DNA from: Deltaproteobacteria bacterium
GTDB taxonomy: Bacteria; Myxococcota_A; Polyangia; JAAYKL01
DNA length: 64,000 bases
Direction: 5' to 3'
Assembly: GCA_028713995.1 (NCBI GenBank)
Contig: JAQTNF010000003.1
Coordinates: 2,020 to 66,019, forward strand
In this document: in pieces, positions 1-10,231 of the stretch
How positions within the stretch are numbered: the stretch's first letter is position 1
How the letters are laid out: each line of letters opens with the position of its first letter
Program-made: the position numbers and the translations under genes
The notes under the pieces: generated by a model
What the model was told of the DNA's origin: nothing
Databases searched by the model: none
What the model saw: the letters and a program-made list of their open reading frames with translations, nothing else

Positions 1-1021
1 TCTGACGCCGAAGAAGTGCCCAGAAGCGGCGCGATGCATCTTCGTGTTTACCTTGTAGCCAGTAGCCGAACGCGGCTGATGCATCATGCGTAACGTGAAG
101 TAAAGGCGGAAACAAGACGGCTACGCGACTGTCTTTCGCTTTGTATCCTTCGGCTCGCGGATGCGCCGATGCGTTGAAAGCATCAAGCCCGGCGTTGGCC
201 GCAAGCAATGGGTTGGTATCAAACGTCTTATCACTAAGGAGGCCATTTATAGCTTTTGCTGCTGCGGTTGGTGTGTCGACGATATCGATCGCCGCCGCCT
301 TCGATTGCAGGGCAATATCTCTCCACGCATTCGCAGCGTCCCGCCATTCCTCGCCGCCGTCCCACGTAGAGAACTGGGCAACAGCCTTTTCATACCCGAT
401 AAGCGTTTTGTCCCATGCATCGGCATCCGCGCACAGGTCGGCGATGTGTTTGATGATCAAGGCGTAGAGCGGCATGCTGAACGAAGTAAGCAATGGAGTA
501 ATTGCCTCCCAGAAGAAAGCAGGTGCGGAACTACTGAGATTGCCCTGGGCAGTTCGAAAAATGTCGAGGTACTTTTTAAAACCATCTTGAAGCTTTTCAC
601 TCGCATGGGCCAACTCGTACGGCGCATCTGGAGGTAGCCCGAAATCCGCCGATCCTACACGTACAATTGCATCTACCACCTGAGGATCGATCCCAGACAG
701 GACATCTTGTTTCACGGGGGCAGCCCATCCGGTGTCATCATTCTGCCACACAAGGGATTGCACAAGTCGTTGCAGATAGCTTTCGAAACGTCCCTTCACA
801 CTCCGCGGGCGTAGCATCCAACACTCGTTCCAAGGCGAAGTTCCAGAATGCACTTCCTCAAAAAGATGCCCAAGGGTGATCGTCCCACCGCTCGTCTGCT
901 CCACGATGATGTGTATTAGCTCCCGCAGCCTTCGCGAGGGAAGGAAATGCCGAAGTACGAGCCACGTCATCCAGTGCATGGTGAAACTGTCGTGCGGTTT
1001 CTCAACAATGTCAGTGCTCAT
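1..1021 (-). CDS. Hypothetical protein; 3' end runs off the left edge. Start ATG at 1021-1019 overlaps the upstream gene's TGA stop (ATGA coupling).
   Basis: Manual translation of the minus strand from 1021 gives an uninterrupted frame of about 340 codons (MSTDIVEKPHDSFTMHWMTW...). The plus-strand ORFs here (141..467, 161..637, 667..879, 876..1064) are short and fragmentary. Confidence 0.6.
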   Translation of the reverse strand, partial: MSTDIVEKPHDSFTMHWMTWLVLRHFLPSRRLRELIHIIVEQTSGGTITLGHLFEEVHSGTSPWNECWMLRPRSVKGRFESYLQRLVQSLVWQNDDTGWAAPVKQDVLSGIDPQVVDAIVRVGSADFGLPPDAPYELAHASEKLQDGFKKYLDIFRTAQGNLSSSAPAFFWEAITPLLTSFSMPLYALIIKHIADLCADADAWDKTLIGYEKAVAQFSTWDGGEEWRDAANAWRDIALQSKAAAIDIVDTPTAAAKAINGLLSDKTFDTNPLLAANAGLDAFNASAHPRAEGYKAKDSRVAVLFPPLLHVTHDASAAFGYWLQGKHEDASRRFWALLRRQ

Positions 1022-2591
1022 GGCTTGCCTCTTGAATGACTCGGAAAGAAGGCCCTTCGAGTGAAGAATCGGGAATCACATGAAATAGCTTCAAATTAAC
1101 AATTACCTGATCGCGGTTGAAGTGACTGGCCCACTGAGGAAGCTTGTCAATGTCCCAACTAATAATAGTTGCACGTGCATGGGGCCACGTTTTATTACGA
1201 TCAAGAGAGACAAGACATCCCAGAACCTGATCGCATTTCCCGATAGTCAAATATTCTGTATAGTTCATCCAGCTCATCTCCTCGCGTGAATTGTCGTTGC
1301 TTCGCGCATACACATCTAAAGCAGCGAATTGTGGGAACTTGTCTTTTATAAAAGGAGGGAAAGGGACAAACACCCCAGATAGTCCGGCGGGCCTGCGATC
1401 TCGACATCCTTCCATGGGCGGGAACCATAAATAGTTTGACAAGATGAACACCGCATTCCGATGTCGAAACAGGCGACCGCCTTTCGCTGCGCTCACGAAG
1501 GACTCACGGAATGCTTGGCGCCACTCGAAGCAATCCTCTGTCATTCCGTCCGGTGATTCCCTTTTTCTCGTCGGTGTTAATGTACATAGCGATACCACGT
1601 CGATGTGTTCTGGTGGGATAGGGTGAAAGCAATGTGCGTATGAGGCCATGGCTTCGAGCCCATTGCCATCTGGACGATCTGTGTCCTTCAAAAACACATC
1701 CGAGCAAATAAGCGGTTGAATCGTTATAGACGGAAATCTGTGATCCTGCGGATGGAGGGTGACAAGCGAAAGGAGATTGGCCTCTGCCATGTGTATGTCG
1801 GAAACAAGGCTCTTCTCATATCTTGATCGGACAAGCTTGGGATGAAGGCATATTCGAACGCGTAGGTCTGGTTCGATCAAAAAAAGGCAACCGATATTGA
1901 AATTGTCGTCTTCGGGTTGTTCCTCGAGCCACTGTGAAAAGGTATCCAGATCTTCCGAGACAACGTTGTCAAGCGAACGAAGACGATTGAGGAACTCAAC
2001 AAGTTCTCTGGTTACGAATAGGATAGTATCCTCAGTGTCCTCAGTTGCCGGCGGGCGGATTCCGACATGAATACATCCTATCAGACTCACCGATGACGGC
2101 AGTTTGTTTATATCTTCGATGAATTTTAAGAAAACATCAGAAGGGAGGAACGCCTCCGGAAAAATCACCAGATCGAAACGTTCGGGCGGCTGAACGGGTA
2201 GCCTTGGGGTCGGTGTGATATCGTCAATGAAATCACATGATGGATTTAAACCCAATAGATAGTTGAACGTCGCATAAAAAAGTCCTTCGTGGATTCTCGG
2301 GCTGTATTCGTGCGGCTCCACTACGTAGACCCGGAAGGGATGTTTCTTCCGCATAGTAGGCCATTTGAGCCAGTTCGGCTTGAACGGCGATTCTTTCTCA
2401 ATTGTTTTATTACTAAAATCATTCAACGATTCTGTGCCGCCGCCGTGTTGAAGAATTCGACGTAGAAAACGATTGACGCAGTCAATAAAGGTCATTTGAA
2501 TTTCTGTTCTCCCAATATCGGACCCAAACCCTTTCGTAGTCCTGCCACAAACCGGCATCATTAAGATATCGCCGAGTAAGGAGACTCGCAA
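1011..2591 (-). CDS. Large protein with a putative carbon-nitrogen hydrolase (nitrilase-superfamily) Glu-Lys-Cys arrangement
   Basis: 526 aa. FPEAF (Glu), LHPKLV (Lys) and PLICSDVF (Cys) occur in the order and approximate spacing of the CN-hydrolase triad. About 42 % GC. Translationally coupled to the downstream gene. Confidence 0.35.
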   Translation of the reverse strand: MRVSLLGDILMMPVCGRTTKGFGSDIGRTEIQMTFIDCVNRFLRRILQHGGGTESLNDFSNKTIEKESPFKPNWLKWPTMRKKHPFRVYVVEPHEYSPRIHEGLFYATFNYLLGLNPSCDFIDDITPTPRLPVQPPERFDLVIFPEAFLPSDVFLKFIEDINKLPSSVSLIGCIHVGIRPPATEDTEDTILFVTRELVEFLNRLRSLDNVVSEDLDTFSQWLEEQPEDDNFNIGCLFLIEPDLRVRICLHPKLVRSRYEKSLVSDIHMAEANLLSLVTLHPQDHRFPSITIQPLICSDVFLKDTDRPDGNGLEAMASYAHCFHPIPPEHIDVVSLCTLTPTRKRESPDGMTEDCFEWRQAFRESFVSAAKGGRLFRHRNAVFILSNYLWFPPMEGCRDRRPAGLSGVFVPFPPFIKDKFPQFAALDVYARSNDNSREEMSWMNYTEYLTIGKCDQVLGCLVSLDRNKTWPHARATIISWDIDKLPQWASHFNRDQVIVNLKLFHVIPDSSLEGPSFRVIQEASHEH

Positions 2592-3351
2592 TGTTTGTAT
2601 TCTTTTCTGAGTTCACGAGGAAGCCAAATCATTTTAGAGGACGACCCGACCGCGATCTCGTTTCAGTCACCGCTGTCCACATCATTTACGGCTTTGGGCC
2701 GAGAAAACACTTCCCATCCTACCGCGCTCCGCGCCGGCAGATCGTTCAAGGATTTGCCCCTGCGGGTTCCTCCTTGACCTTGCCGTCAGGGCGCGGTGTG
2801 GGATGGGTGTTTTATTCTTAACCCCAAACACCATGAATAATATGACTGTCAGAAAAGCGACGGAGAGCTGGGTCGGCCAGTTCAACCACGTCCCCGGCTC
2901 GGTCATCGAGAAGCTCGGCGAGATCGACGATTCTGTCATCCTCTCCAACAGCGACCTGTTCCGGCTCATCGCCAGCCCGACAGTCGATTGTCTCGGCTGC
3001 GGCCTACGCTACGAAGGCGACTTGTCGCTGGAAGAACTTGAGCAGGCGCACGCTGACGGCAGAGGCGTTGCCTGTGGGCACTGCTCGGACAACGACGGCA
3101 GTTGCTGGACACTCGGTCTTCCGGACACCTTCCCCTGCGGCTGGAGCACGCTGTTCGCGCCTAAAGACAGCTCCGACATCGACTGGCTCCGCGATCACGC
3201 AGAGGAAGTCGCGAAGCTCGGCTTCTACGTCTTTGACAGCGAAGACTTCGGCGTCCTGCTCGGCATCGACGCAGGCGGCTTCGACTTCTACGACGCCTAC
3301 TGGATGCCGCTCTACCGACTGCGCGGCCTCCGTTGGCATAACACTGAATGA
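2591..3351 (+). pseudogene. Gene with the conserved N-terminal YFLTP(N)TM module (2591..2821 frame) joined to a GC-rich body (2803..3351) through a 1-nt frameshift
   Basis: DNA and protein homology to the N-terminus of 6505..7179 (FSEF/FSEV, VTAVHIIYG/VAVHVLYG, GFAP, SSLxL, LFLTPNTMN/YFLTPKTMN), but split across two frames. A single-base length difference relative to the 6640-6665 copy explains the shift. Confidence 0.4.
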
Positions 3352-3357
3352 TCTAGT

Positions 3358-3380
3358 GTCAGTTTTCCCGCGCTGGCAAA
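3358..3380. repeat. Palindromic motif GTCAGTTTTCCCGCGCTGGCAAA, copy 1, 7 nt after the stop of 2803..3351
   Basis: 23 of 24 nt identical to 6455..6478. Related to the perfect palindrome at 16466..16483. Confidence 0.7.
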
Positions 3381-3509
3381 GCCGCTGGCACGGTCTAGTA
3401 GCGGGGTTCTTGGGTCATAGTTGGTTTTGGGGGTTATTTGGGTCTAGTCTACAGAATCAACGAATTTCATCAGTTTAGGCTATTATGCCTCTAATAGAAA
3501 GGAGTTTTC

Positions 3510-5222
3510 ATGACTACTTCATACACGTTCGCGCGGTCTTCATCGATAGTTGCTATCGCAATCTGCGCCTGGCCACAGTTGGTTGCCGCACAAGCGTCTC
3601 CCCAAACAGAACAGCCCGTTGAAACTGATCCTGCCCCCTCTACTCCCCCTGCGCAGTCTCCCCCTCCAAGTAATTGTCAACCCCAAGGCCAACCTCTCGG
3701 TGAGTCTGACGAATACGAACTCAAACCTTACAGTTGCGAAGCAATACCTGAATACCAACCGGAGCCGAAGATGGCAATCGAAGCAGCGGTTGTTTCCGCG
3801 ATTGGCGGTTTGGTCGCGAGCCGTGCTGAAAAGGAGCTCATGCAGTGGTTTGTTGATGCAATGCTGAACGACCTATGTGGAGAAGTGAAGGTCAGAAATC
3901 TTCTCCCCAAAGTATGTGCCCTTCACGACGCCATCAACACCATTTCAATTCCGTCGAAAACCGCCCTCGTAGCTGCGTTTCGCGATGACATCGAGCAGTT
4001 GCCTGAACGACTCCTTTTGGATTCAACTTTCTCTGGCGAGGACGGGAAGGCATCAGTAAAAATTTATATACAGGTCTTTGAGGGTATCCGACGTGGTTAT
4101 CCCCCATTGGAGATCGTAGCTGGCTTGGGGAGCGTCGAGAAATTGAAAAAACAAAAATGCGACTCGGTAAACACTGAATGCGTATTACTTTTAGTTGGTC
4201 TCACAGCGCAGGCATATTTAGACGTTGGAGGTAACGAGAGCGGGTATAATAAGGATAACTTTAAAAGGGTCTTAGAGAATAAGCTCGATATCGTTAAAGA
4301 CAAAGATATCAGAAACAGATTGGATGAAACGAACTCCCCCAATAACAATCTATTCGATGAACTGTCGCACGCCTTAGAGAGTGCCAAGATCGCCACATCG
4401 GCTTCCCAGGAAACGATGACAGCCGAAAGGTTTTCTCATCGCGCGTTGATAGTTCTGACCTTGATGGAGGATATAACGGAGAGTTATCAAAAAAGTAATC
4501 TGGTGAACCCTAGGGCACGCAACTATCTAATATACTCGGCAACGGCATTGAGCGCCGCCAAGGCGAAGCATTACTCTGATGCACTCGTCCCCATGCTCCA
4601 GATTATTAGTGAGGCCGAGAAGGGGAAGCCCTCTCAAGGCGCTGTCGTCAAATTGCTTCAGCGGTATTTACCGCTTGCCGTTGATATAGCTGCCGCCGAG
4701 ACGAGTGCAGACATACAGACCGCTCTTGAAGATGCTGCACAACCCGTAGGAGGATGGCGCCTGAAAAAGACGCGTCCTATAATATCGATTGGTGCACTTG
4801 TTGGGGTGTCTCCTGAATGGGAGTTCGGATTCAAAGACGATAGCCTTCGACAGACCGGATTTGTCGTAAGTGTGTTCGCGCCTGTGGGTGTTGACCTTTC
4901 ATGGCCGCTGGAAAAGGGTACAGGTGGTTTCTTTATTTCACTCATCGATGTCGGTAGTCTTGTGGGCATTCGTGTTGTAGGTAAGGCTGATGAAGACGTA
5001 AAGAGTGTCGAACAACTCCCGGAACCAGGCTTCGCCCAAGTATTTTCTCCTGGGTTGTATGGGCGTTTTGGTCTTGGACATACTCCTCTGGTTTTCAGTT
5101 TTGGCGGCGCGTATTCACCTGAGCTTCGACGAATGACGTTGCAGACAGGCGCAACAGAGATCGCTAATGTAGTCCGTCTGCAACTGGCGCTTGCTGTAGA
5201 CGTAATGCTTATCCCTTTTTAA
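3510..5222 (+). CDS. Secreted, possibly outer-membrane, protein
   Basis: 570 aa. Shine-Dalgarno aaaggag. N-terminal signal peptide (AIAICAWPQLVAAQA). Pro-rich linker. C-terminus ends ...DVMLIPF, consistent with an OMP beta-signal. About 45 % GC. Confidence 0.55.
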   Translation: MTTSYTFARSSSIVAIAICAWPQLVAAQASPQTEQPVETDPAPSTPPAQSPPPSNCQPQGQPLGESDEYELKPYSCEAIPEYQPEPKMAIEAAVVSAIGGLVASRAEKELMQWFVDAMLNDLCGEVKVRNLLPKVCALHDAINTISIPSKTALVAAFRDDIEQLPERLLLDSTFSGEDGKASVKIYIQVFEGIRRGYPPLEIVAGLGSVEKLKKQKCDSVNTECVLLLVGLTAQAYLDVGGNESGYNKDNFKRVLENKLDIVKDKDIRNRLDETNSPNNNLFDELSHALESAKIATSASQETMTAERFSHRALIVLTLMEDITESYQKSNLVNPRARNYLIYSATALSAAKAKHYSDALVPMLQIISEAEKGKPSQGAVVKLLQRYLPLAVDIAAAETSADIQTALEDAAQPVGGWRLKKTRPIISIGALVGVSPEWEFGFKDDSLRQTGFVVSVFAPVGVDLSWPLEKGTGGFFISLIDVGSLVGIRVVGKADEDVKSVEQLPEPGFAQVFSPGLYGRFGLGHTPLVFSFGGAYSPELRRMTLQTGATEIANVVRLQLALAVDVMLIPF

Positions 5223-5237
5223 AAAGGAGAACATCAC

Positions 5238-6380
5238 ATGAGAATCATGAGCGCGGTGCTGGTTGGGTCAGCATGGCTGGCAACAATGTCGACGTGTTCC
5301 GAACTGTCATCCCAATCAGTTACGCCACCTCGCCCCAAGCTCTCGTCATTTTCAACAACCGAGCTTATTGCCTATCTCGGTGGCGACATGGAGAAGTCGC
5401 GTCCAAAGAAGCCCCAACCTGTTGCACTTGTGGACAATAAAAGTAATGCCGATGTGGTCGCGTTAAATAAGCTTCGACTGTTTCGCGATCAAGAAATTAT
5501 CGATGAACTCCAGTCTCGTACGAAATCTATTTTTGGCGATGACGATAGGAAGGAGGTTGGGAATTCTATAGAAACACTGAGGTCACTCGCGAATTCTGTC
5601 ACCGCATTCATCGAAGCCGACAAAATAGTTCCTCAGGACGACGGTTGGTCCACGATTGAAACCGAACCGCTTACTGATTGGGTTAAACGACAAAAGTCCT
5701 ACCCTCTGTGTATGGAGGAACGATTTCGAACCCAGCCCAGAGCGGCATTTTGCTCTGGTGTTCTTTTGGGTACAAAGCTAGTACTCACGGCCGCCCATTG
5801 TGTGCAGCCGGATAATGGTGGTGAGAATAACGCCATCCGAATCAGCGACGCGCGTATCGTCTTCAACTTCAAAGATTTCCAGAAACCTCCGGTCCGTGTC
5901 CCTTCTAGCGATGTATACCGTGGTGTAGGATTCATTGGTAGGCGACACGAAGGAATTTTCGACTGGGCGCTCATTTTACTTGATAGAGATGTCGTCGGCC
6001 ACAGCCCAGCGCCACTAGCACCTGTTACTGGACCCAAGGAAAGCGACCCTGTACTCGTCATTGGGCATCCTTTAGGCTTACCGGAAAAAGTTGCAGGTGG
6101 TGGACGTGTAGTGCGAGTCGGAGCTAACTCGTTCCTGGCAACCGTTGACACATTCATGGGAAACTCAGGTTCTCCAATATATTCTGACGAGGGGAAAGTC
6201 GTGGGCATGTTTATCAGTGGCGACCAAGATTTCGTTCAAGATCGTCAAAGAAACTGCATGCGTTCAAGAAGATGGAATGATGACGGCTTAAAAGGCGAGG
6301 TTTGCATGAGAACAACCCCTTTCTACGACGAATTAGTACCTTTGCCTCCGACACCAGCGATAGTGGGCGGTCAACCCTGA
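5238..6380 (+). CDS. Secreted trypsin-like (S1 family, V8/glutamyl-endopeptidase-like) serine protease
   Basis: 380 aa. Shine-Dalgarno aaaggag. Signal peptide. LTAAHCV His motif. GNSGSPIY Ser motif. Lies 15 nt after the preceding gene, so likely an operon. Confidence 0.7.
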   Translation: MRIMSAVLVGSAWLATMSTCSELSSQSVTPPRPKLSSFSTTELIAYLGGDMEKSRPKKPQPVALVDNKSNADVVALNKLRLFRDQEIIDELQSRTKSIFGDDDRKEVGNSIETLRSLANSVTAFIEADKIVPQDDGWSTIETEPLTDWVKRQKSYPLCMEERFRTQPRAAFCSGVLLGTKLVLTAAHCVQPDNGGENNAIRISDARIVFNFKDFQKPPVRVPSSDVYRGVGFIGRRHEGIFDWALILLDRDVVGHSPAPLAPVTGPKESDPVLVIGHPLGLPEKVAGGGRVVRVGANSFLATVDTFMGNSGSPIYSDEGKVVGMFISGDQDFVQDRQRNCMRSRRWNDDGLKGEVCMRTTPFYDELVPLPPTPAIVGGQP

Positions 6381-6454
6381 TAAAAAACCCTGATAACAAC
6401 AACACCTCACGATTTCAGACGGAAAGCACGCCTGGGTTTGACTTCTTAGAAGGG

Positions 6455-6478
6455 GTCAGTTTTCCCGCGCTGGAAAAC
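6455..6478. repeat. Palindromic motif GTCAGTTTTCCCGCGCTGGAAAAC, copy 2, 75 nt after the stop of 5238..6380
   Basis: Near-identical to 3358..3380. Confidence 0.7.
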
Positions 6479-6504
6479 TCGCGGCGGTCCTGTCTGCTGG
6501 GGGC

Positions 6505-7179
6505 TTGCTGCACTTCTCGGAAGTCGCTGTTCATGTGCTCTACGGGGCGGAAACACGGCCTCCACTCTGCCATCGGCCCGCTCCGGCAAAAGGATTTGCC
6601 CCCGACGTGCGTCGGAGTTCCTCCTTGCGCCTTCGCTCTCCGGCACGACGGCGATTCACGGCCGTATATTTCCTAACCCCGAAAACCATGAACCGCCCTG
6701 ATACAATACCAGCTCCACAGCCCATCGAGCAGCCAACCATACCCAAAGTGCTCAACGGCAGGATCAACGACTGCGGTGTCATTATCCCGCGCAACGACAC
6801 GATGGACATCATCTACAACGGTGCCGAAGACAGCCTGCTCTTCCGGCAGTTCAGAAGCGGTAACGTTACCGCGGAGATCGATCTGGCCGAGTTCGACGAC
6901 GGGTTGGTAGCCTGTTCTGCCTCTGTGAACACTCCGTACAGCGGATGCTCATCTCCAATGACGCCGGACGACCGGGCAGACCGAGAGACCGCGATAGCGG
7001 ATGTGACAAGCAGGATAATCCGCTCCCTCGAAAACACCATCGCCGACACCAGCTCCGGCAAGCCGAAAACGGTGAACGACAACTGCCGCGCGCTCATCGG
7101 ACAGCTTCGCGCCTGGAACTTCCGCTCCAGCGGCATGACCAGAGAAGAAGAACCACCTGCACTACCACTCGCCTTCTGA
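6505..7179 (+). CDS. Hypothetical protein carrying an intact conserved N-terminal module (...AVYFLTPKTMN) fused to a unique GC-rich body
   Basis: 224 aa in a single frame. The first roughly 62 aa are homologous, at DNA and protein level, to 2591..2835 and to the YFLTPKQM segment at 19660..19690. Confidence 0.5.
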   Translation: MLHFSEVAVHVLYGAETRPPLCHRPAPAKGFAPDVRRSSSLRLRSPARRRFTAVYFLTPKTMNRPDTIPAPQPIEQPTIPKVLNGRINDCGVIIPRNDTMDIIYNGAEDSLLFRQFRSGNVTAEIDLAEFDDGLVACSASVNTPYSGCSSPMTPDDRADRETAIADVTSRIIRSLENTIADTSSGKPKTVNDNCRALIGQLRAWNFRSSGMTREEEPPALPLAF

Positions 7180-7297
7180 GTCGGTCAGGAAACTGGCCCA
7201 GATCACGGAATTGAGGATCTGTTATTTTCACTTCACCTTCCCCCATCGCCTGGCGTTATGGTAATATACAAACGTTAATATCCTTACATCTCACCTT

Positions 7298-9463
7298 ATG
7301 AAAACAAACACAAAAGGCTTCACCCTCGTGGAGCTGATAGTCGTCATCGTCATCATCGGCATCCTGAGCGGGGCGGCGTACATCGGTATACAGAAAGTGA
7401 AGTCCAAAAGCATGAACGACAAGGTCCTCGACGACCTCGTCGCCATCTCGAACGCGCTCGAGCAGTACAAGCGCGACCATTTCAACAAGTACCCTGTGCC
7501 GCAAACGAGAGACGAGAATCCCGACGCGAACATGAACATCAACTGCTTCTACGCGGACGCGACCTACGCGCACGACTGCGCCGCGGCGTCTTTCCGGCAG
7601 AGTATGATCGACAACAACCTCCTGACCAAACGGTACCTGCAAGAGGTTCCTACCGACCCGCGGACAGGCTCGCGCTATGTCTACGGCGTCTCAAACGACG
7701 GCTGGTACTTCCAGGTGGCGGGTATCGTCGAGGAATCGGATGGTACATGGAAAGCAATGTCCGTCAGCAATCTTGGCAAAGGGTTTCCTTTGCCAAGCAT
7801 CATCCGAGCTTACAACGGCCCGAACTTCGTCGTGGACGGCGGCACGAACCTGCCCTACAGCCCCGACTATCTTGCCATCTCGGCGGCGCTCGAGAACGTC
7901 AACGGAATGGTCCTTGTGAACGGCGGATCTAAAGCGGCCCGTGAAACACTGTATCCGGGCGATACGGTGGAGACCGGCGATGACGGGACCGTGGACATCT
8001 ACTTCTCAGATGGCTCGATCTCGCGTCTCGACCCTGGAAGCGAGTTCACAATCCTCGGCGACGGTGAAAGCACGGTCCAGGAAAACGACAAGGACAACAT
8101 CATCACCAGGATACGGCTCAAGCTCTTCTCCGGAAAGATCTGGAGCAAGGTCGCGAGGCTTGCGTCGAAGTCCGAGTTCAGCGTGGAGACGACCTCGGCG
8201 ATCGCGGGAGTCCGCGGCACCGAGTTCGGCGTATGGGCAGATGGCAACATCATCCTTGTCCGCTCCGGCTCCGTGTGGGTCGGCGAAGAGACAGAGGCGA
8301 ACACGGTCTCGGCAACAGACGTTCCCATGAAGGCCGTGATGACCGCCACCGGACCAACCGCCGTGGAAACCGTCACTGAGCCTGACCTCCTCGAGTACAT
8401 CGAAGAGCATAATAAAAGCACTGGGTTCTCCGCCGGCCTTTCGGAGATGGACGTGCCGTTCATCGTCGGCGCGCTTTTCAGGCCGTCCGGCACTTACGAT
8501 GTCTACGTCTCGTTCGGCGCCCCCTACATCGAGGACATCTACAGCTTCATCGACGGGTTCGAGATCTACAGCGGCGCGTGGACCGAGAAATTCAAGGTGA
8601 TGAAAGAAGGCTGGGAAGACAATCCGACCCACGAGGTGACAGGTGACGACATCACATACGACACGGTGAACAAAGTGTACGTATTCCCTCTCGACTACAC
8701 GGAGAGTGGCTCTGTCTGGGACGCGGAGAAGGGAAGGCCCGAGACCATCCTTGTCCGCGCGTTCGTCGAAGACGACGCCGGCGAGCGGACATACTCCGCC
8801 CTCTCCTGGCCGCCCATCGGATTTCTCGCGGTGCCTCCTGCCGCGGATCAACCGTGGAGCTATGCCGACATCTACAAGGAATTCGCCAGCCTCGAAAGCC
8901 TGGTGCCGCCTACTACAGAGTGCACGTTCGGAACTGAAGGAACCCAACCTTGCACGATCGCGCACGGCACAGGAACACAGAAGCGCGTGTGCACCGCCGA
9001 TGGCGTTTGGCCGACGAGTTGGAGCACATGCGGTCTTACCGGTTGTGACGCAGGCTATGAGCTCGTCGGCGGAACCTGCGAGCCCGCCGGTCCGACACTA
9101 GAGGGTCTCTGCAACGCCGGAACAGACACATGGTTCGACGCCACGAACGACGAGTGCTGGGTCATGGGCGCAGCGGGAGCGACCTGCACGGACGCCTGTA
9201 ACGCCGTCGACGGCTCCGCCGTCAACATTGGCATCGACTGCGACACGGGCTCGTGGAACGACACGAGCACGTGCTCGATCTGCGGGCAGTTCGGGGTAAC
9301 CGTGGCAGGGTGCATAAGCGGAACATCGGATACCAGTCCTAAGTATCAGCTCAGTGGTTTATATGCCAATAATTGCTTTTACAGAAGCTCGGGGGTATCG
9401 AGTTGCGCCGCCACAATCCCGACGACTTTAAAAAGAATCTGCAAGTGCATACTAATGCCGTGA
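7298..9463 (+). CDS. Fusion protein: type II secretion GspG-like pseudopilin N-terminal domain, a FecR-like domain, and a Cys-rich C-terminal region
   Basis: 721 aa. GFTLVELIVVIVIIGILSGAA prepilin cleavage/methylation motif. DLVAISNALEQYKRDHFNKYP is GspG-like. GDTVETGDDGTVDIYFSDGSISRLDPGSEF is FecR-like. Many Cys in the last 200 aa. Confidence 0.6.
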   Translation: MKTNTKGFTLVELIVVIVIIGILSGAAYIGIQKVKSKSMNDKVLDDLVAISNALEQYKRDHFNKYPVPQTRDENPDANMNINCFYADATYAHDCAAASFRQSMIDNNLLTKRYLQEVPTDPRTGSRYVYGVSNDGWYFQVAGIVEESDGTWKAMSVSNLGKGFPLPSIIRAYNGPNFVVDGGTNLPYSPDYLAISAALENVNGMVLVNGGSKAARETLYPGDTVETGDDGTVDIYFSDGSISRLDPGSEFTILGDGESTVQENDKDNIITRIRLKLFSGKIWSKVARLASKSEFSVETTSAIAGVRGTEFGVWADGNIILVRSGSVWVGEETEANTVSATDVPMKAVMTATGPTAVETVTEPDLLEYIEEHNKSTGFSAGLSEMDVPFIVGALFRPSGTYDVYVSFGAPYIEDIYSFIDGFEIYSGAWTEKFKVMKEGWEDNPTHEVTGDDITYDTVNKVYVFPLDYTESGSVWDAEKGRPETILVRAFVEDDAGERTYSALSWPPIGFLAVPPAADQPWSYADIYKEFASLESLVPPTTECTFGTEGTQPCTIAHGTGTQKRVCTADGVWPTSWSTCGLTGCDAGYELVGGTCEPAGPTLEGLCNAGTDTWFDATNDECWVMGAAGATCTDACNAVDGSAVNIGIDCDTGSWNDTSTCSICGQFGVTVAGCISGTSDTSPKYQLSGLYANNCFYRSSGVSSCAATIPTTLKRICKCILMP

Positions 9464-9556
9464 GCCCCCTTCATTCCTGGGTGTTACCGTAAAAGTGTGT
9501 ACCTCGGTGAACCGGCGTTTATTAATGATTTAAGATATGTAACTTCGCAGGTATTG

Positions 9557-10210
9557 TCACTTTGCATACGGCTGAAAATACCCGTCCTTCAAGCCTTGCT
9601 CATACCATCTGATGAAATCCCTATCCATGGAACCTTTTGAAATGCCGTATTTCTGTTTAACATCTGCCAGTTCTTTTTCCGTCAGCCATTCCAGCTCGAG
9701 TCTGAGGTTTTCAACCAGATCCTGCCTCTCCTGCTCAGCCTTCTCTTCCGGCGTCAGTTCCGGTTCGGGGATGTAGGGCGAATACGACCAGTTGATAGTG
9801 GGGTCGTCATGGTTGCCCTTTGACTTCTGGAACTGTCCGCAGTCCGCTTTGACCATCTTCACGAGTTCGGGGAAGGTGGTGTTATAGACGGTAGTGCCAC
9901 CTGTGTATGTAATTTGCCAATTCGAGGTGAATGGTAATCGATTTTCTATCTGGTAATATAATAGTTCATAATCCCTATTCCCATCTCCCAATATGTCTTC
10001 TTCTGTTATCAGCGCGTACTCAGGGGTTAGCACTCCAAAATGGCACGACTCAATATCATATTGAATCAATGTTTCCTTGTACCAATCGCTAGTATTTATT
10101 TCGGACTCGCTTTCAACTAAAGAAACGTGTTTCCCCTTGTAATAAAATATAGTCGACGCCAGCAACGAGAGTACGATCAATGCATATGTCATCAGTTTGT
10201 GTTTTTTCAT
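9557..10210 (-). CDS. Small secreted hypothetical protein
   Basis: 217 aa. Signal peptide (LIVLSLLASTIFYY). About 38 % GC. Lies 22 nt downstream of the lipase gene. Confidence 0.45.
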   Translation of the reverse strand: MKKHKLMTYALIVLSLLASTIFYYKGKHVSLVESESEINTSDWYKETLIQYDIESCHFGVLTPEYALITEEDILGDGNRDYELLYYQIENRLPFTSNWQITYTGGTTVYNTTFPELVKMVKADCGQFQKSKGNHDDPTINWSYSPYIPEPELTPEEKAEQERQDLVENLRLELEWLTEKELADVKQKYGISKGSMDRDFIRWYEQGLKDGYFQPYAK

Positions 10211-10231
10211 AAATAAACATTAAAAATATAG

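Noticed and set aside
141-1064. Plus-strand ORFs 141..467, 161..637, 667..879 and 876..1064
   Set aside because: A single uninterrupted minus-strand frame of about 340 codons covers 1..1021 and is coupled to the upstream gene. The plus ORFs are short shadows.
2600-6700. Integron attC sites flanking cassettes
   Set aside because: No paired RYYYAAC/GTTRRRY cores were found. ORFs are not co-oriented away from a single intI. The conserved element is protein-coding. Formal attC search is still advisable.
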